In this document: positions 7,946 to 17,397 of the stretch, one piece after another
How the letters are laid out: every line of letters starts with the position of its first letter
Numbering within the stretch: position 1 is the stretch's first letter
Virus record (IMG/VR): IMGVR_UViG_3300025769_015023
Span: 1 to 64,000 of that record
Source: a virus
Taxonomy: Duplodnaviria > Caudoviricetes
Strand: one strand, 5' to 3'
Length of the DNA: 64,000 bases
The notes under the pieces: generated by a model
Databases searched by the model: none
Told to the model about the DNA's origin: nothing
The model's input: only the letters and a program-made list of their open reading frames with translations
Position numbers and translations under genes: made by a program

Positions 7946-8587
7946 TTAATTCCAATCTAAAGCCTCGCTTATTGTAGGAAATTTATTTATAAATATTTTT
8001 TTAATTTGATTCGCTATATCTCTGTGTTCTTTTTGAGTATCTTCCGCTGACCTAAGATCGATATAATGAACCCAACTTCTTAAAGTTCCATTCATATACA
8101 TTGTAGTTTTAGTGGTTAATGGCAGAACTCCTCTAGCAGTCTCTTTAGCAACGCCCATTTCGATTAAGGTCTTGTATGTAGCTAAAGAAGATTCTATAGA
8201 CGCCTTGGCGTATTTGTAAGCGTCATGATTTTCATCAAAGGTCTCGCTACTGCTTTGTCTGTTTTTTAAGGCTGGGGATCTTAGCTCAAGCTCTTCTAGC
8301 TCAGTTGCTTGGCTATATCTTTGGCTAAATTCCTGAAAACTAAAACTTCTATGCCTAAGTATTTGCGCGGCGATGGCTCTGCTTGTAGAGATTTCCACGC
8401 ACATACTTGCTAATTCAAACGGACTCCAATGCTTGTGTTTTATCAGGTATTTTATCAGCTTTGGCGCTGTCTCAGTATTCATTTGATTGCTTGGGTTGGA
8501 GACTCTAGCGCAGTAAGCTACTATATCTTCAGCGTTTTCAATGCCTTCTACCTCTGGTTTTGTTACGGATACTAGTTTAACGTTCAT
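7946..8587 (-). CDS. thyX: FAD-dependent thymidylate synthase
   Basis: HWSPFE, RHRSFSFQEFSQRY and ETARGVLP motifs. Confidence 0.97.
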   Translation of the reverse strand: MNVKLVSVTKPEVEGIENAEDIVAYCARVSNPSNQMNTETAPKLIKYLIKHKHWSPFELASMCVEISTSRAIAAQILRHRSFSFQEFSQRYSQATELEELELRSPALKNRQSSSETFDENHDAYKYAKASIESSLATYKTLIEMGVAKETARGVLPLTTKTTMYMNGTLRSWVHYIDLRSAEDTQKEHRDIANQIKKIFINKFPTISEALDWN

Positions 8588-8610
8588 ATAAATTAAATAA
8601 TTTTAAAATA

Positions 8611-9648
8611 TTACTGTGTTATAATTTTTTTTAATAATTCGGCTGGAGTCTTGTGCGCTCTATTTAAATACGCATAAAGAAACTTTTTAATTTGGAGTTC
8701 GTCTGCGGGAGTATTTATGAATTGCTTAGAATTTTCTATATCCTCAACATTCTTACATTCATAAGTTGATGCGGAATAATCTGCTCTTCCTAATGTCACA
8801 ACTGGCTTGAGGTGAATTAGAGCTTCAAAACCCGCTCCCGAATTAATTGTTACAGCCGCCTTGCATAGAGGTAAAAGCTCGTGAATAGATACGTCTGAAA
8901 CAATTGATACGTTCTTAAACATTGGAAGGTTAATTAAATTATTAATTGTAAAGTTTTGGTCTTGATTTTCCAGTGGATGAGGTTTGTAGACGATAGGGAT
9001 ATCGAATTTATCCATAACAGAAAGGGCCGTAAGCATGGTATTTAAATAGCCTGTCGGAATATCTTTTCTTTTACGAGGCTCCCTCATTGTTCCCATGCTC
9101 ATATTCTTTGGTGCTAGAAAATTACTAAAATTTATAGCTGAATCTCCAGCTACCTGTCCAAGAACTAATATAAAAGGCTTACTTTTAAAGCCTGTAAAAG
9201 TCGGTTGCTTGTATTTACTCAAATTCTTTTTTACAAATTTGTTAAACAGATGCTGATGCATTGATAAAGCATCTTCATCAGAAACTTCGTTAATCTTCAA
9301 CAAGCTGTGATCTTTAGCTATAGAGCTTGCTCCAGAATATCCGTTTCTATCACAAAACGTCCACCCCATAATTGGAGAACGCATTACGCACCATACGTTG
9401 TCGCAAATCCCATCAAGAAACTCAAACCTAGATTTCATTATTGGAACCTCACGGTTTCCGTGCATTACAACACATGCAATATTATCTGGCGATGACTTTG
9501 TTTTACCAAACCCGTCTCCCCATTCTTTTATTATATTGTAGTCTTTAAAATCACCATCGTTTGATTTACAAATATGTCGCAAAAATGCCTCTGGATAATC
9601 AGAACTCTTTTCATTAATAGCGGCTAATATGATGTTTTTTTTACTCAT
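8611..9648 (-). CDS. Capsular polysaccharide biosynthesis protein (KpsS/KpsC-like GT-B fold)
   Basis: LGQVAGDS, YKPHP, TINSGAGFEALIHLKPVVTLGRADY. Confidence 0.75.
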   Translation of the reverse strand: MSKKNIILAAINEKSSDYPEAFLRHICKSNDGDFKDYNIIKEWGDGFGKTKSSPDNIACVVMHGNREVPIMKSRFEFLDGICDNVWCVMRSPIMGWTFCDRNGYSGASSIAKDHSLLKINEVSDEDALSMHQHLFNKFVKKNLSKYKQPTFTGFKSKPFILVLGQVAGDSAINFSNFLAPKNMSMGTMREPRKRKDIPTGYLNTMLTALSVMDKFDIPIVYKPHPLENQDQNFTINNLINLPMFKNVSIVSDVSIHELLPLCKAAVTINSGAGFEALIHLKPVVTLGRADYSASTYECKNVEDIENSKQFINTPADELQIKKFLYAYLNRAHKTPAELLKKIITQ

Positions 9649-9674
9649 ATTTCTCCGTTCTTTGATAGCTTATT

Positions 9675-9869
9675 CTACCAATGTCTTATAACATTTGCAA
9701 TAATAAAAAGACAAGTTACTAAATTTACTATTACAATTATTGTTCTTATTAAAAGACTGTATCCCGCATCTTTATTCGTTAGTATTGGAATATCTGGCTT
9801 ATCGTCATCAGTCTTTCCAATTCTATGGTCTACAGTTCTAGCCCAAATTAACCAAAGTCTTTTTAGCAT
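9675..9869 (-). CDS. small membrane protein
   Basis: C-terminal hydrophobic helix; abuts upstream gene. Confidence 0.65.
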   Translation of the reverse strand: MLKRLWLIWARTVDHRIGKTDDDKPDIPILTNKDAGYSLLIRTIIVIVNLVTCLFIIANVIRHW

Positions 9870-10220
9870 TTACTCTTTCCAAACTAGCTCGATCAAATCA
9901 TCACCAAAAAATTGTTGAGTATAGGCAACAGGAGTCTGAAAGTTAAAAGCTCTACAAGTATAAATATCAACAGAAAAGAAGCAGGGTTTTCTATCGTCCC
10001 AAGCATAAATGTGCATACCACTTTCTTTCCAATGAACGTAAGCGCACCAACCATAATCGGGATCATAGTTGCAGAAAGGAGCAGTTACTTCTGTCATGCC
10101 TAGTACTTTAGTCATTTCGCGACAGTATCTATCCATGTCATCTGGCTTGAAGGGGTTGTGAAGTGTTCCTTCGATAACGATTCTTTGCCTATCTATATCT
10201 GGGGCTAAGTCTTTATACAT
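9870..10220 (-). CDS. S-adenosylmethionine decarboxylase-like pyruvoyl proenzyme
   Basis: WKESGMHIYAW (E-S autocleavage position) and SVDIYTC; 116 aa, class 1B size. Confidence 0.75.
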   Translation of the reverse strand: MYKDLAPDIDRQRIVIEGTLHNPFKPDDMDRYCREMTKVLGMTEVTAPFCNYDPDYGWCAYVHWKESGMHIYAWDDRKPCFFSVDIYTCRAFNFQTPVAYTQQFFGDDLIELVWKE

Positions 10221-10638
10221 TTTTTATAAGTTCGCTTTCGAGGTATTTGTCGTAGTTTAAAGTTAATTCCTCGCCCTTTCCTATATCCTTTAACGGTCTA
10301 AAAGAATCATCCTCTTCTTTCCATTCACAATTAGGATCATCAGAATGGTTTAAAAAATAAGAAACATTGATATTGTTTAGAGAATTAAGCACGAAATAAT
10401 GAGTATCAGTGGATATGAAAAAGTCATCTAGCATATCCTTAATATTAATATCTAAATGAGATATCTCTTTTTTATCTATTATTTTTATCTCCTCTTTTAA
10501 ATCACAACTGCAATCAGGGAATAAGTTTACACCTTTGGGTATAGGCACTACAGCACACACTCCAACGCCATGGATTTTAGATGCCTTGATTCTGCAATAT
10601 GTATGAGAGAAAAAATTAATTATTTGCTTTTTTGTCAT
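10213..10638 (-). CDS. SET-domain protein
   Basis: SKIHGVGVCA, FLNHSDDPNC, KDIGKGEELTLNY. Confidence 0.9.
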   Translation of the reverse strand: MTKKQIINFFSHTYCRIKASKIHGVGVCAVVPIPKGVNLFPDCSCDLKEEIKIIDKKEISHLDINIKDMLDDFFISTDTHYFVLNSLNNINVSYFLNHSDDPNCEWKEEDDSFRPLKDIGKGEELTLNYDKYLESELIKNV

Positions 10639-11326
10639 ACTCTTTTATAAAAGCTGGTGTTAGAATATTATCAACTAAATAAATTGAGAAATCATTATCA
10701 CTTTTGAAATGAACTCCTTCTGCTATCCGAGAATCTGCAACCATCTTTGCTTTTTCAATTAAGACATCTTGATATTCTGAGTCTATGTGACCGATAACCC
10801 TTGCTGCAAAGTAAGCTGCTAGCGTATGGCCGCTTGGGTAAGACGGGGCATTTGCTTCCCCGTGTTGAATACTCTTGTTATAATCTAGTTCAATTCCATA
10901 ATAATCTGCTATCTGGTAAGGTCTCGGTCTACCGTAATGCATCTTTAGCTTCATTGCTAAAACTTCAACATCACCGCCAATTATAAAATCTAACGCTTGT
11001 TTGGAAACAGTTTTTCCGCTTAACTCTTCATAGGAATCGATTATGAATTTAGCTGGATCTTTATCCATCTTTTTAAGGTTTGTCAAGAATTCATCAGAGT
11101 GTTGCTGCTCCATAAACGCTTTTACTTCCAATAGCTCTCTTTTAGTATCCTCGCTTGAATTGACTGGCGGAGGCATGTCTAAGAGAGGCTTTATGTCGAT
11201 GTCCATATACTCGAAATCGCTCCTTGAAGTTTTTAAAAAAACTTCTGGAGTGTCTGTATATTTCAATTTATCAAGCTTTTTTGCTTTTATTTGATTGGTG
11301 AAATCTAGTTCAAATTCTTCTTTCAT
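10616..11326 (-). CDS. PAP2/haloperoxidase-superfamily phosphatase
   Basis: K..YGRPRP, PSYPSGH, SRIAEGVHFKSD. Confidence 0.88.
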   Translation of the reverse strand: MKEEFELDFTNQIKAKKLDKLKYTDTPEVFLKTSRSDFEYMDIDIKPLLDMPPPVNSSEDTKRELLEVKAFMEQQHSDEFLTNLKKMDKDPAKFIIDSYEELSGKTVSKQALDFIIGGDVEVLAMKLKMHYGRPRPYQIADYYGIELDYNKSIQHGEANAPSYPSGHTLAAYFAARVIGHIDSEYQDVLIEKAKMVADSRIAEGVHFKSDNDFSIYLVDNILTPAFIKEYDKKANN

Positions 11327-11337
11327 ATAATACCTTA

Positions 11338-11793
11338 TTACTCGCTCCTACTTTTTACTATAGAGTCATAATAATCTTGGTCCCAATAATCGTAATAATT
11401 ACTCTTTTTGAGTTTATCCGAGTATTTGTTTAGCTCCTTTAAGGGCTGTATTAATATTACACTATATTCTTTATTGTTTGTTTCAATATCTCCAATTTTA
11501 TTTATTTGATCTGGGTGATCCCAAATTAGCCACAAATCCTTTGACTTGGCTTTTTCTTTATGTTCATCGCAGAAAGAAGACAGCCATTCTTTGGTAAATT
11601 TTTTAGGGCATCCATAGACTAGCCAAAGCATCGGCCTTTCTTTTGATTCTATGCAATTTAGAGCATCAGACTCCAAGTCGTCTGACTTAATGATCTCAGT
11701 TTTATCCAGAAATTTTTTAGCAAACGGACATATTGCATGACCCCCAAGCTCTTTTCTTTTTAAAGTAATATACTTTATGTAATCATCTATCAT
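11338..11793 (-). CDS. hypothetical protein (DUF1415-like CPFA motif)
   Basis: ICPFAKK..DHP. Confidence 0.55.
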   Translation of the reverse strand: MIDDYIKYITLKRKELGGHAICPFAKKFLDKTEIIKSDDLESDALNCIESKERPMLWLVYGCPKKFTKEWLSSFCDEHKEKAKSKDLWLIWDHPDQINKIGDIETNNKEYSVILIQPLKELNKYSDKLKKSNYYDYWDQDYYDSIVKSRSE

Positions 11794-12613
11794 CTCTATT
11801 TGATATTTCGCTTGGAGAAAAGAATATTTTACGAGTGTGCTTTTCTTCTATTTGCGCTAGGTCATAAATATTTGTAGTTTTCGTATCGCTTTCGCAAAGA
11901 GTTTTATAAGCTAGTTTATCTTTAGACCATTCACTGCCCGTCCACCACTCGAAACCTTGGTACATAGATTTGTATATACACATATTTTCATAACCACCCC
12001 CTAAGTACAGGTAATCTATTCCTAAATCTTTGCACACTTCTATCTCTTTTACGCAGCTATATTTACCTAAAAAAATATTTGGTTTATGATAATCCCAGCA
12101 AAATTGAATTGATGTCATTGCATTTGCTTGCTCATAAAGTCTACAAATAACGAAAGCGTGAAGCTTTCCATCTTCTCTATATTCTATAACTCTTTTGAAT
12201 TCTGGGTCTATAAGTTGATCATCAAAGTATGCACCGTCACTGGTATAAAAATCCGAAAAAGTGTCTTTAGACTTCTTATACTGATCGCTTTTTGTCTTTA
12301 TGTAAGTAGAGTATACTTCTCTAAGCTCTTCAATATTACAGTCTTCTAGCCTTTTAACTTTTGACTCTATACTCTCGCATGGCCGTGTCATTTTTCTTAT
12401 TTTTTTATTATATTTTAACTCTGAAGTTTTTATTCTTGTTTGCCGTCCTTGATACCAAGTATCTTTATACTCTAAGCCCTCTAGCTTGGCCCAACCGTTT
12501 TCCAATGCGTGTTGTTCTTCCTCTGGCAAAATTTTTTCCGCATACACGCCACAAGCAGCAATTCCATACACATCAGACATTCTTCCATAAAAATGAGAGA
12601 AAAATATTTTCAT
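11783..12613 (-). CDS. Arginyl-tRNA--protein transferase (ATE1/Bpt)-like protein
   Basis: ALENGW..WYQGRQTRI N-terminal part; C-terminal FCWDY..LGKYSCVKEI..YLYLGGGY..IYK resembles ATE_C. Confidence 0.65.
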   Translation of the reverse strand: MKIFFSHFYGRMSDVYGIAACGVYAEKILPEEEQHALENGWAKLEGLEYKDTWYQGRQTRIKTSELKYNKKIRKMTRPCESIESKVKRLEDCNIEELREVYSTYIKTKSDQYKKSKDTFSDFYTSDGAYFDDQLIDPEFKRVIEYREDGKLHAFVICRLYEQANAMTSIQFCWDYHKPNIFLGKYSCVKEIEVCKDLGIDYLYLGGGYENMCIYKSMYQGFEWWTGSEWSKDKLAYKTLCESDTKTTNIYDLAQIEEKHTRKIFFSPSEISNRDDR

Positions 12614-12975
12614 TAGCCATCTTCTAAATACTTTTTACTCCAAGCTCTGTTGCATAACTTTTGCATAACAGCTTCAGCTATCTCAGGTTGCTGGCAGATT
12701 AGCCATGCAGCGGTCCAGCGTTTCTCCCACTCCATTCGTTTTTCTTCACTAGGAAAAACCTCTGGGTTGCGCTTGTCGAATTGCGGCCTATCATCCACAA
12801 TTGGCTCAAAGTCAGGATGAACAATGTGCTGCGCTCTTGAGGGAGAGCATCTAATACATCTGCGGCGAGACAAAAGCCCAGCGTAAGGCTCATCCCATGC
12901 TATACAATGCATGGTGATTGAGCAGTTTTGAGTGGTGACTTCGCAGTCACATTTATCACAATATTCTTTAATCAT
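12613..12975 (-). CDS. Cys-rich hypothetical protein
   Basis: CDKC..CIRC. Confidence 0.6.
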   Translation of the reverse strand: MIKEYCDKCDCEVTTQNCSITMHCIAWDEPYAGLLSRRRCIRCSPSRAQHIVHPDFEPIVDDRPQFDKRNPEVFPSEEKRMEWEKRWTAAWLICQQPEIAEAVMQKLCNRAWSKKYLEDG

Positions 12976-13477
12976 TAATTTTAATTCCGAAATATCTTCT
13001 TAAATTCCTAATTTGTTCTATAGTTTTATTTTTGAAAAACTTTTGTCTTAACCATTCGTTACTATAGTGCGGAGCTTTTTTTATAAAGATGTCTTTTTCT
13101 TTTTCAGACCACACGTATTTTTTACCTTTTAGTCCAGAGTACATTTTTCTTGCATTGATCTGCTTCGGTGTTTTATTAGGTAAAAACTTTTTATGCAACT
13201 CATTCTGGTTGTACTCTTTCCAATTCTCTTTGAGTATTTTAATCTCTTCGTTTGTCCAAATTTGATCTCTTTGTGGTCGCTTTATGCCTAATTCTCGTCT
13301 TTTTTCACCAACTGTTCTTTGGCTTCTGTTTGGTAATAGTTTAGCTATCTCTCTATCGCTTTTAGTTTGATAATTATTTAAAATTATATCAATTTCTTTT
13401 TTAGACCATTTAAATTTAGCTCTCCACTTTTCAAGTGCAAGCATTCCTTTCAATGGGCGATTTCGATTCTTATTCAC
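12968..13477 (-). CDS. Protein with three Myb/SANT-like helix-turn-helix repeats
   Basis: Repeats start WSKKE, WTNEE and WSEKE, each ~48 aa. Confidence 0.6.
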   Translation of the reverse strand: MNKNRNRPLKGMLALEKWRAKFKWSKKEIDIILNNYQTKSDREIAKLLPNRSQRTVGEKRRELGIKRPQRDQIWTNEEIKILKENWKEYNQNELHKKFLPNKTPKQINARKMYSGLKGKKYVWSEKEKDIFIKKAPHYSNEWLRQKFFKNKTIEQIRNLRRYFGIKIND

Positions 13478-13636
13478 TGACTAGCTCTAACTCTACCGCT
13501 TTTTACTTTTTCAAGCTTCTTCTTACCCAATTGATCTTTTGGGTTGTTTAAAACATGCGCCTCAAGCTGTTTGATCTTGTTGGCTTTTGTTCTGTCTTTT
13601 TGTTTGCCTCTGGAGGGTCTTGTATCTTTTCCTTTT

Positions 13637-14140
13637 TTAGCCATTTTTAATTAATGATTCTTTTGTTATTTTTTTAGCCTTACTTGATGTAAACCATTTA
13701 CCTACTGTAACTTTTTTCTTCTCTACGTTTTTATAATTTTTAAAAAAATCTCTTGTAACTTCTAACCAATCGTCTTTTAAATCTTTTATATGATTTACAG
13801 ATTCTATGAAGGTCGGTACTGCAATTATCTTGTAATCTTTTTTTCCATTTTCGGTCATGTCTAGACCGCCAATTATTTTACATTCTGAAACACATCCAGT
13901 TACAAAAGAAAACCTACTATAAATAATAACATCAAGTGGATCTCCATCATCGGCTTTAGTTTGTGGTACAAAACCATAATTTACTGGATACCTCATCGCG
14001 CTTATTAAGCACCTATCTACCTTAAATATATTTAAATTTGGATCATATTCGTATTTTACATTAGTATCTTTAGGTATCTCTACTACGCAATTTACAATGT
14101 TTGGAAAATTTACGCCTAAAGGAATGTCAAAATAACTCAT
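13637..14140 (-). CDS. ppa: Inorganic pyrophosphatase
   Basis: VVEIPKD, KYEYD, YPVNYGFVPQT..DGDPLDV. Confidence 0.95.
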   Translation of the reverse strand: MSYFDIPLGVNFPNIVNCVVEIPKDTNVKYEYDPNLNIFKVDRCLISAMRYPVNYGFVPQTKADDGDPLDVIIYSRFSFVTGCVSECKIIGGLDMTENGKKDYKIIAVPTFIESVNHIKDLKDDWLEVTRDFFKNYKNVEKKKVTVGKWFTSSKAKKITKESLIKNG

Positions 14141-14409
14141 TAATTATTTTTAGTGTTGAACTTCTCCGTCAATTTAGAAACATTATTTATTTCAATACCA
14201 ACAATAGTTCCAACTTCATCAGTATCTAAGGAGACCATGGTCTTATCTTTAATGTCGTGATAAAGCAACACTGAGCCAAGCTGTCCTTGGCAGGGAGCTT
14301 TCCAGATGTATAGAGTATCTTGTTGCTCATCGTAGGTGATTCTATTACTATCGTCGTATGTTGTGTGTTTAGTTTTAATAGCTACAGCAATGTAGGAGTG
14401 TTTTAGTCT
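14140..14409 (-). CDS. DUF2283-like small protein without a canonical start codon
   Basis: Hand translation ITYDEQQDTLYIW..DTDEVGTIVGIEI; its stop overlaps the ppa start (TAATG); in frame directly after the TAA of 14410-14838. Confidence 0.5.
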   Translation of the reverse strand, partial: RLKHSYIAVAIKTKHTTYDDSNRITYDEQQDTLYIWKAPCQGQLGSVLLYHDIKDKTMVSLDTDEVGTIVGIEINNVSKLTEKFNTKNN

Positions 14410-14838
14410 TTAAATGGATCTATCTTCTAGGTATAGAGTATTCGTATATGGGCTATGCCAACCCTCATATAGATTTTTAGCCTCGTAAAACTTGTAACTA
14501 CCGCAATGCAAATATCCTTTAGATTGGTCCCAGCGAATAATATCATATTTAGATTCTACCAAATCGTACTTCCACTGTTTAGAGTGTTCAAAAACTTGTT
14601 GAACCGCGTCTTCGATATTATCATATTTATTAGAATCATTGATCCAAAAATCTACATGATAGATTTCTTCTAATTCTTTGTCTTTTGGTTGTATTCTGCA
14701 TTCAATCTGATATTTACCCGTATCATCTTTTGGGTCTGCGTTAAGCAAAAAAGTTAACGGCATTGATCCCGCTACAGTCTTTACAAAATCTCTTCGATTC
14801 ATTGGTTTTATGTTAAAAGATTTATAATTTTTGATCAA
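14410..14838 (-). CDS. hypothetical protein with Tat-like signal
   Basis: MNRRDFVKTVAGSM. Confidence 0.55.
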   Translation of the reverse strand: MIKNYKSFNIKPMNRRDFVKTVAGSMPLTFLLNADPKDDTGKYQIECRIQPKDKELEEIYHVDFWINDSNKYDNIEDAVQQVFEHSKQWKYDLVESKYDIIRWDQSKGYLHCGSYKFYEAKNLYEGWHSPYTNTLYLEDRSI

Positions 14839-16595
14839 GTGTTATTTTCACTTAATTGTTTTCTTATTTCAGTTAGTAATCTAGATATATGGGGTATATT
14901 GTAGTCTAAGCATTCTGTCGTGTTTGAGGTCTTTACATTTTTATTGTCATGACAATTTAAATCACCATTTATACATGAGGCGTTGCATTTTAAAGTCTTT
15001 TGATTTTGAAAAAAAGGCATGTGAACATATCTAAGCGGGGGTAAATTTATTAGCTCTTCACTAGCCTTATACTTTCTTTTACCATCGGGTTCTTCAAAGA
15101 ACCCACATCTACTTCTGAGTAAAAGGCATTTTTTTCCTAAAGCTATTGAAACATAATACCATCCAGAATCTGCGCCAACCACTAAGTCGGAATCGGCCAA
15201 AGTCTTAATTATATTTTTAGTGCTGCTATAAGACAACGTAGATAAACCTAGATTATCTCCAGACACTTTGAAGTCTTCTCCCTCGAAAACTTTTCCGCAG
15301 TAACTTACCTTGCAATTAGGAAGTTTTTTGCTAATAAGGCTTACTATCTCTGGGGAAAGTCTTCTTGAAAAACATGGCGAATTAACGATTGTGATTACAG
15401 GATTTTCTCTTGTCGAAAAAGGATATCCAGATAAATTTATATCGGTTTGTTTTTCGCAGTTAGAAGAATCAAGCTCAGTTGGGAAAGACTTTCTATTTAA
15501 CTCTACTCTTTCAAACAAGTCTTTTCTTAAATACGTAGCCTCAAAAACTCTTGGAACAGCCACTCCGTTTATATACACGCACGATTTCTCAAGACCTCTA
15601 CAGCAATTATTATTGTGTATATGTATTAGTCTGTGAGTTTTGTTTATCTTTTTTAGGCAATGCCACCGCTCTTCGAATTTAAAAGCATCATGAAACTCTA
15701 TAACTATTTGCTTAAACTTTTTAAGTTGGTCGTGGTTTACGCTATTTATCCAGTCGTACTCTGACGACCCTACGTCCATTTTAAGAAAAATATTATCATA
15801 CTTAGATATTAATTCGTGTAGATTAGAAGTGGTTGAAGAGTTATGATTAGAGACGTTTTTATTTACATAATTAAACTCGTTTAAATATTTAATCGAGAGT
15901 GGATTTGCTATGGCTGCGTCGTAGACATAGTTGTTCGCTGTTTTGAATGTATCTTTAAAATTTTTTTCAAATTTAATATCATTTCCTATTCCGCACCCAA
16001 TTAGGCAATCATAATCTAATTTATCAGCTATGACATATCCTCCATCTCTATTATTACCTAATCTGATTTTATCTTCCCAATTGAAGCACTCTAGGTAACT
16101 GATGTCTCTATCGTAGCAATCTCCTATAGAGAGTTTATCTTCGCTCATGCTAAAGCCATTTCCTAAATTACGAAGGTTTGTTGTGCTCTTAACATATAAG
16201 GCGGAGGGGAAACAATCGATTTTTTTTCGCTGGTCTGGAATACTAGGCAGATAGTTTAAGTTATGGTCCGTTATGCCACCGCGCCATTGAACCCCAAAGA
16301 AAAAAGATTTACTTACATCTATTTTTGATAAAAATGGTTCTTTTAGAATCATCTTTTTTTTCCAAGCCTTATTTTTATCCTCCGTAGATACTTCAAAATC
16401 GTACCCTAGTTTTAAAAATATCAAATCTTTAATCCAAGGAAGCCCTTCTAGAGCGGCTTTTACGTCTTGCCTATCTTCCATAACGCAAAAATAAATCTTG
16501 TAATTTTTTGAAAAATTTTTTGCTAAAGCAGTTTTCTGAACATCTTCGCCTAATCCAGATGGCCAGTTTCCAAAAAAATATAAATTATTTTTCAT
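14835..16595 (-). CDS. Multidomain protein: FkbM-like methyltransferase plus GT9-like C-terminal domain
   Basis: RLGNNRDGGYV, IFLKMDVGSSEY, QIVIEFH; C-terminal DLVVGADSGWYYVSIALGK. Confidence 0.7.
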   Translation of the reverse strand: MKNNLYFFGNWPSGLGEDVQKTALAKNFSKNYKIYFCVMEDRQDVKAALEGLPWIKDLIFLKLGYDFEVSTEDKNKAWKKKMILKEPFLSKIDVSKSFFFGVQWRGGITDHNLNYLPSIPDQRKKIDCFPSALYVKSTTNLRNLGNGFSMSEDKLSIGDCYDRDISYLECFNWEDKIRLGNNRDGGYVIADKLDYDCLIGCGIGNDIKFEKNFKDTFKTANNYVYDAAIANPLSIKYLNEFNYVNKNVSNHNSSTTSNLHELISKYDNIFLKMDVGSSEYDWINSVNHDQLKKFKQIVIEFHDAFKFEERWHCLKKINKTHRLIHIHNNNCCRGLEKSCVYINGVAVPRVFEATYLRKDLFERVELNRKSFPTELDSSNCEKQTDINLSGYPFSTRENPVITIVNSPCFSRRLSPEIVSLISKKLPNCKVSYCGKVFEGEDFKVSGDNLGLSTLSYSSTKNIIKTLADSDLVVGADSGWYYVSIALGKKCLLLRSRCGFFEEPDGKRKYKASEELINLPPLRYVHMPFFQNQKTLKCNASCINGDLNCHDNKNVKTSNTTECLDYNIPHISRLLTEIRKQLSENNT

Positions 16596-17397
16596 CTAAA
16601 TATCGATTAAAGTTTATGTAATCTTTATGGTTTAGTAGCTTTAGGTTATTCTCTTCAGATATTAACCCTTTATCTAGATAGTATTTGTAGCCTTTGTTGT
16701 ACGAAACGTTTTTTTTACCAACAGTATCTTTTTTATAGTCGTGGTTGTAAGCTTGCTTTAAGAAAGCAGCGAAGTTATTTTCGTTGAATTCTTTTACAAA
16801 ATCTAATTTATCGATGTAACTTGGGGTCTTCCAAAATCTGAAATACTCTGGTTTCGTTATCATGCGATTTACAAAAGTATCTAAGTCTGGGTCGTCCCAA
16901 TCTGGATCTTGGAAATCTTCTTTAATATAAAAATTACCTGCTAATGCTCCGTCTGCTCCGAGAGCACTGCACCCATGCTTCGCTTTTATTTTAATGGAGT
17001 AAAAATACAAAGAACATATTACGTCTCTAGGGTCTCTGACAAACATAAAAGTAAACCAGTCTTTAGAGTTAAAAGAATCTATCGTATCGTCATCTAAGTT
17101 ATTGTGGTGACATGTTATGAATTTTAAATTTTCTTTGCTTTTTTTTGATACTTCTAGAAGCTCGGATTTATTAAAGTCTCTAGGCTGTTCGGAGTAACTT
17201 TTAAATAAAAAATCACCCTCGCCTTTGGGAAACTGCTGACCCCACCAATTATTATAAAAATGAGGCTTATATTTTTCTATAAAATCTGTTTTTACGAAAA
17301 TCTCTTCAACTAAATAAACGTTTAGATAACTCCCAGCGGCTTTTCCAAAATGTATAAAAAAACAATCTTTTGGATAATTATGGTTATTAGAGCTCAT
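16585..17397 (-). CDS. Sulfotransferase-family protein
   Basis: FIHFGKAAGS (5'-PSB-like), FVRDPRDVICSLY (3'-PB). Confidence 0.75.
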   Translation of the reverse strand: MSSNNHNYPKDCFFIHFGKAAGSYLNVYLVEEIFVKTDFIEKYKPHFYNNWWGQQFPKGEGDFLFKSYSEQPRDFNKSELLEVSKKSKENLKFITCHHNNLDDDTIDSFNSKDWFTFMFVRDPRDVICSLYFYSIKIKAKHGCSALGADGALAGNFYIKEDFQDPDWDDPDLDTFVNRMITKPEYFRFWKTPSYIDKLDFVKEFNENNFAAFLKQAYNHDYKKDTVGKKNVSYNKGYKYYLDKGLISEENNLKLLNHKDYINFNRYLDEK

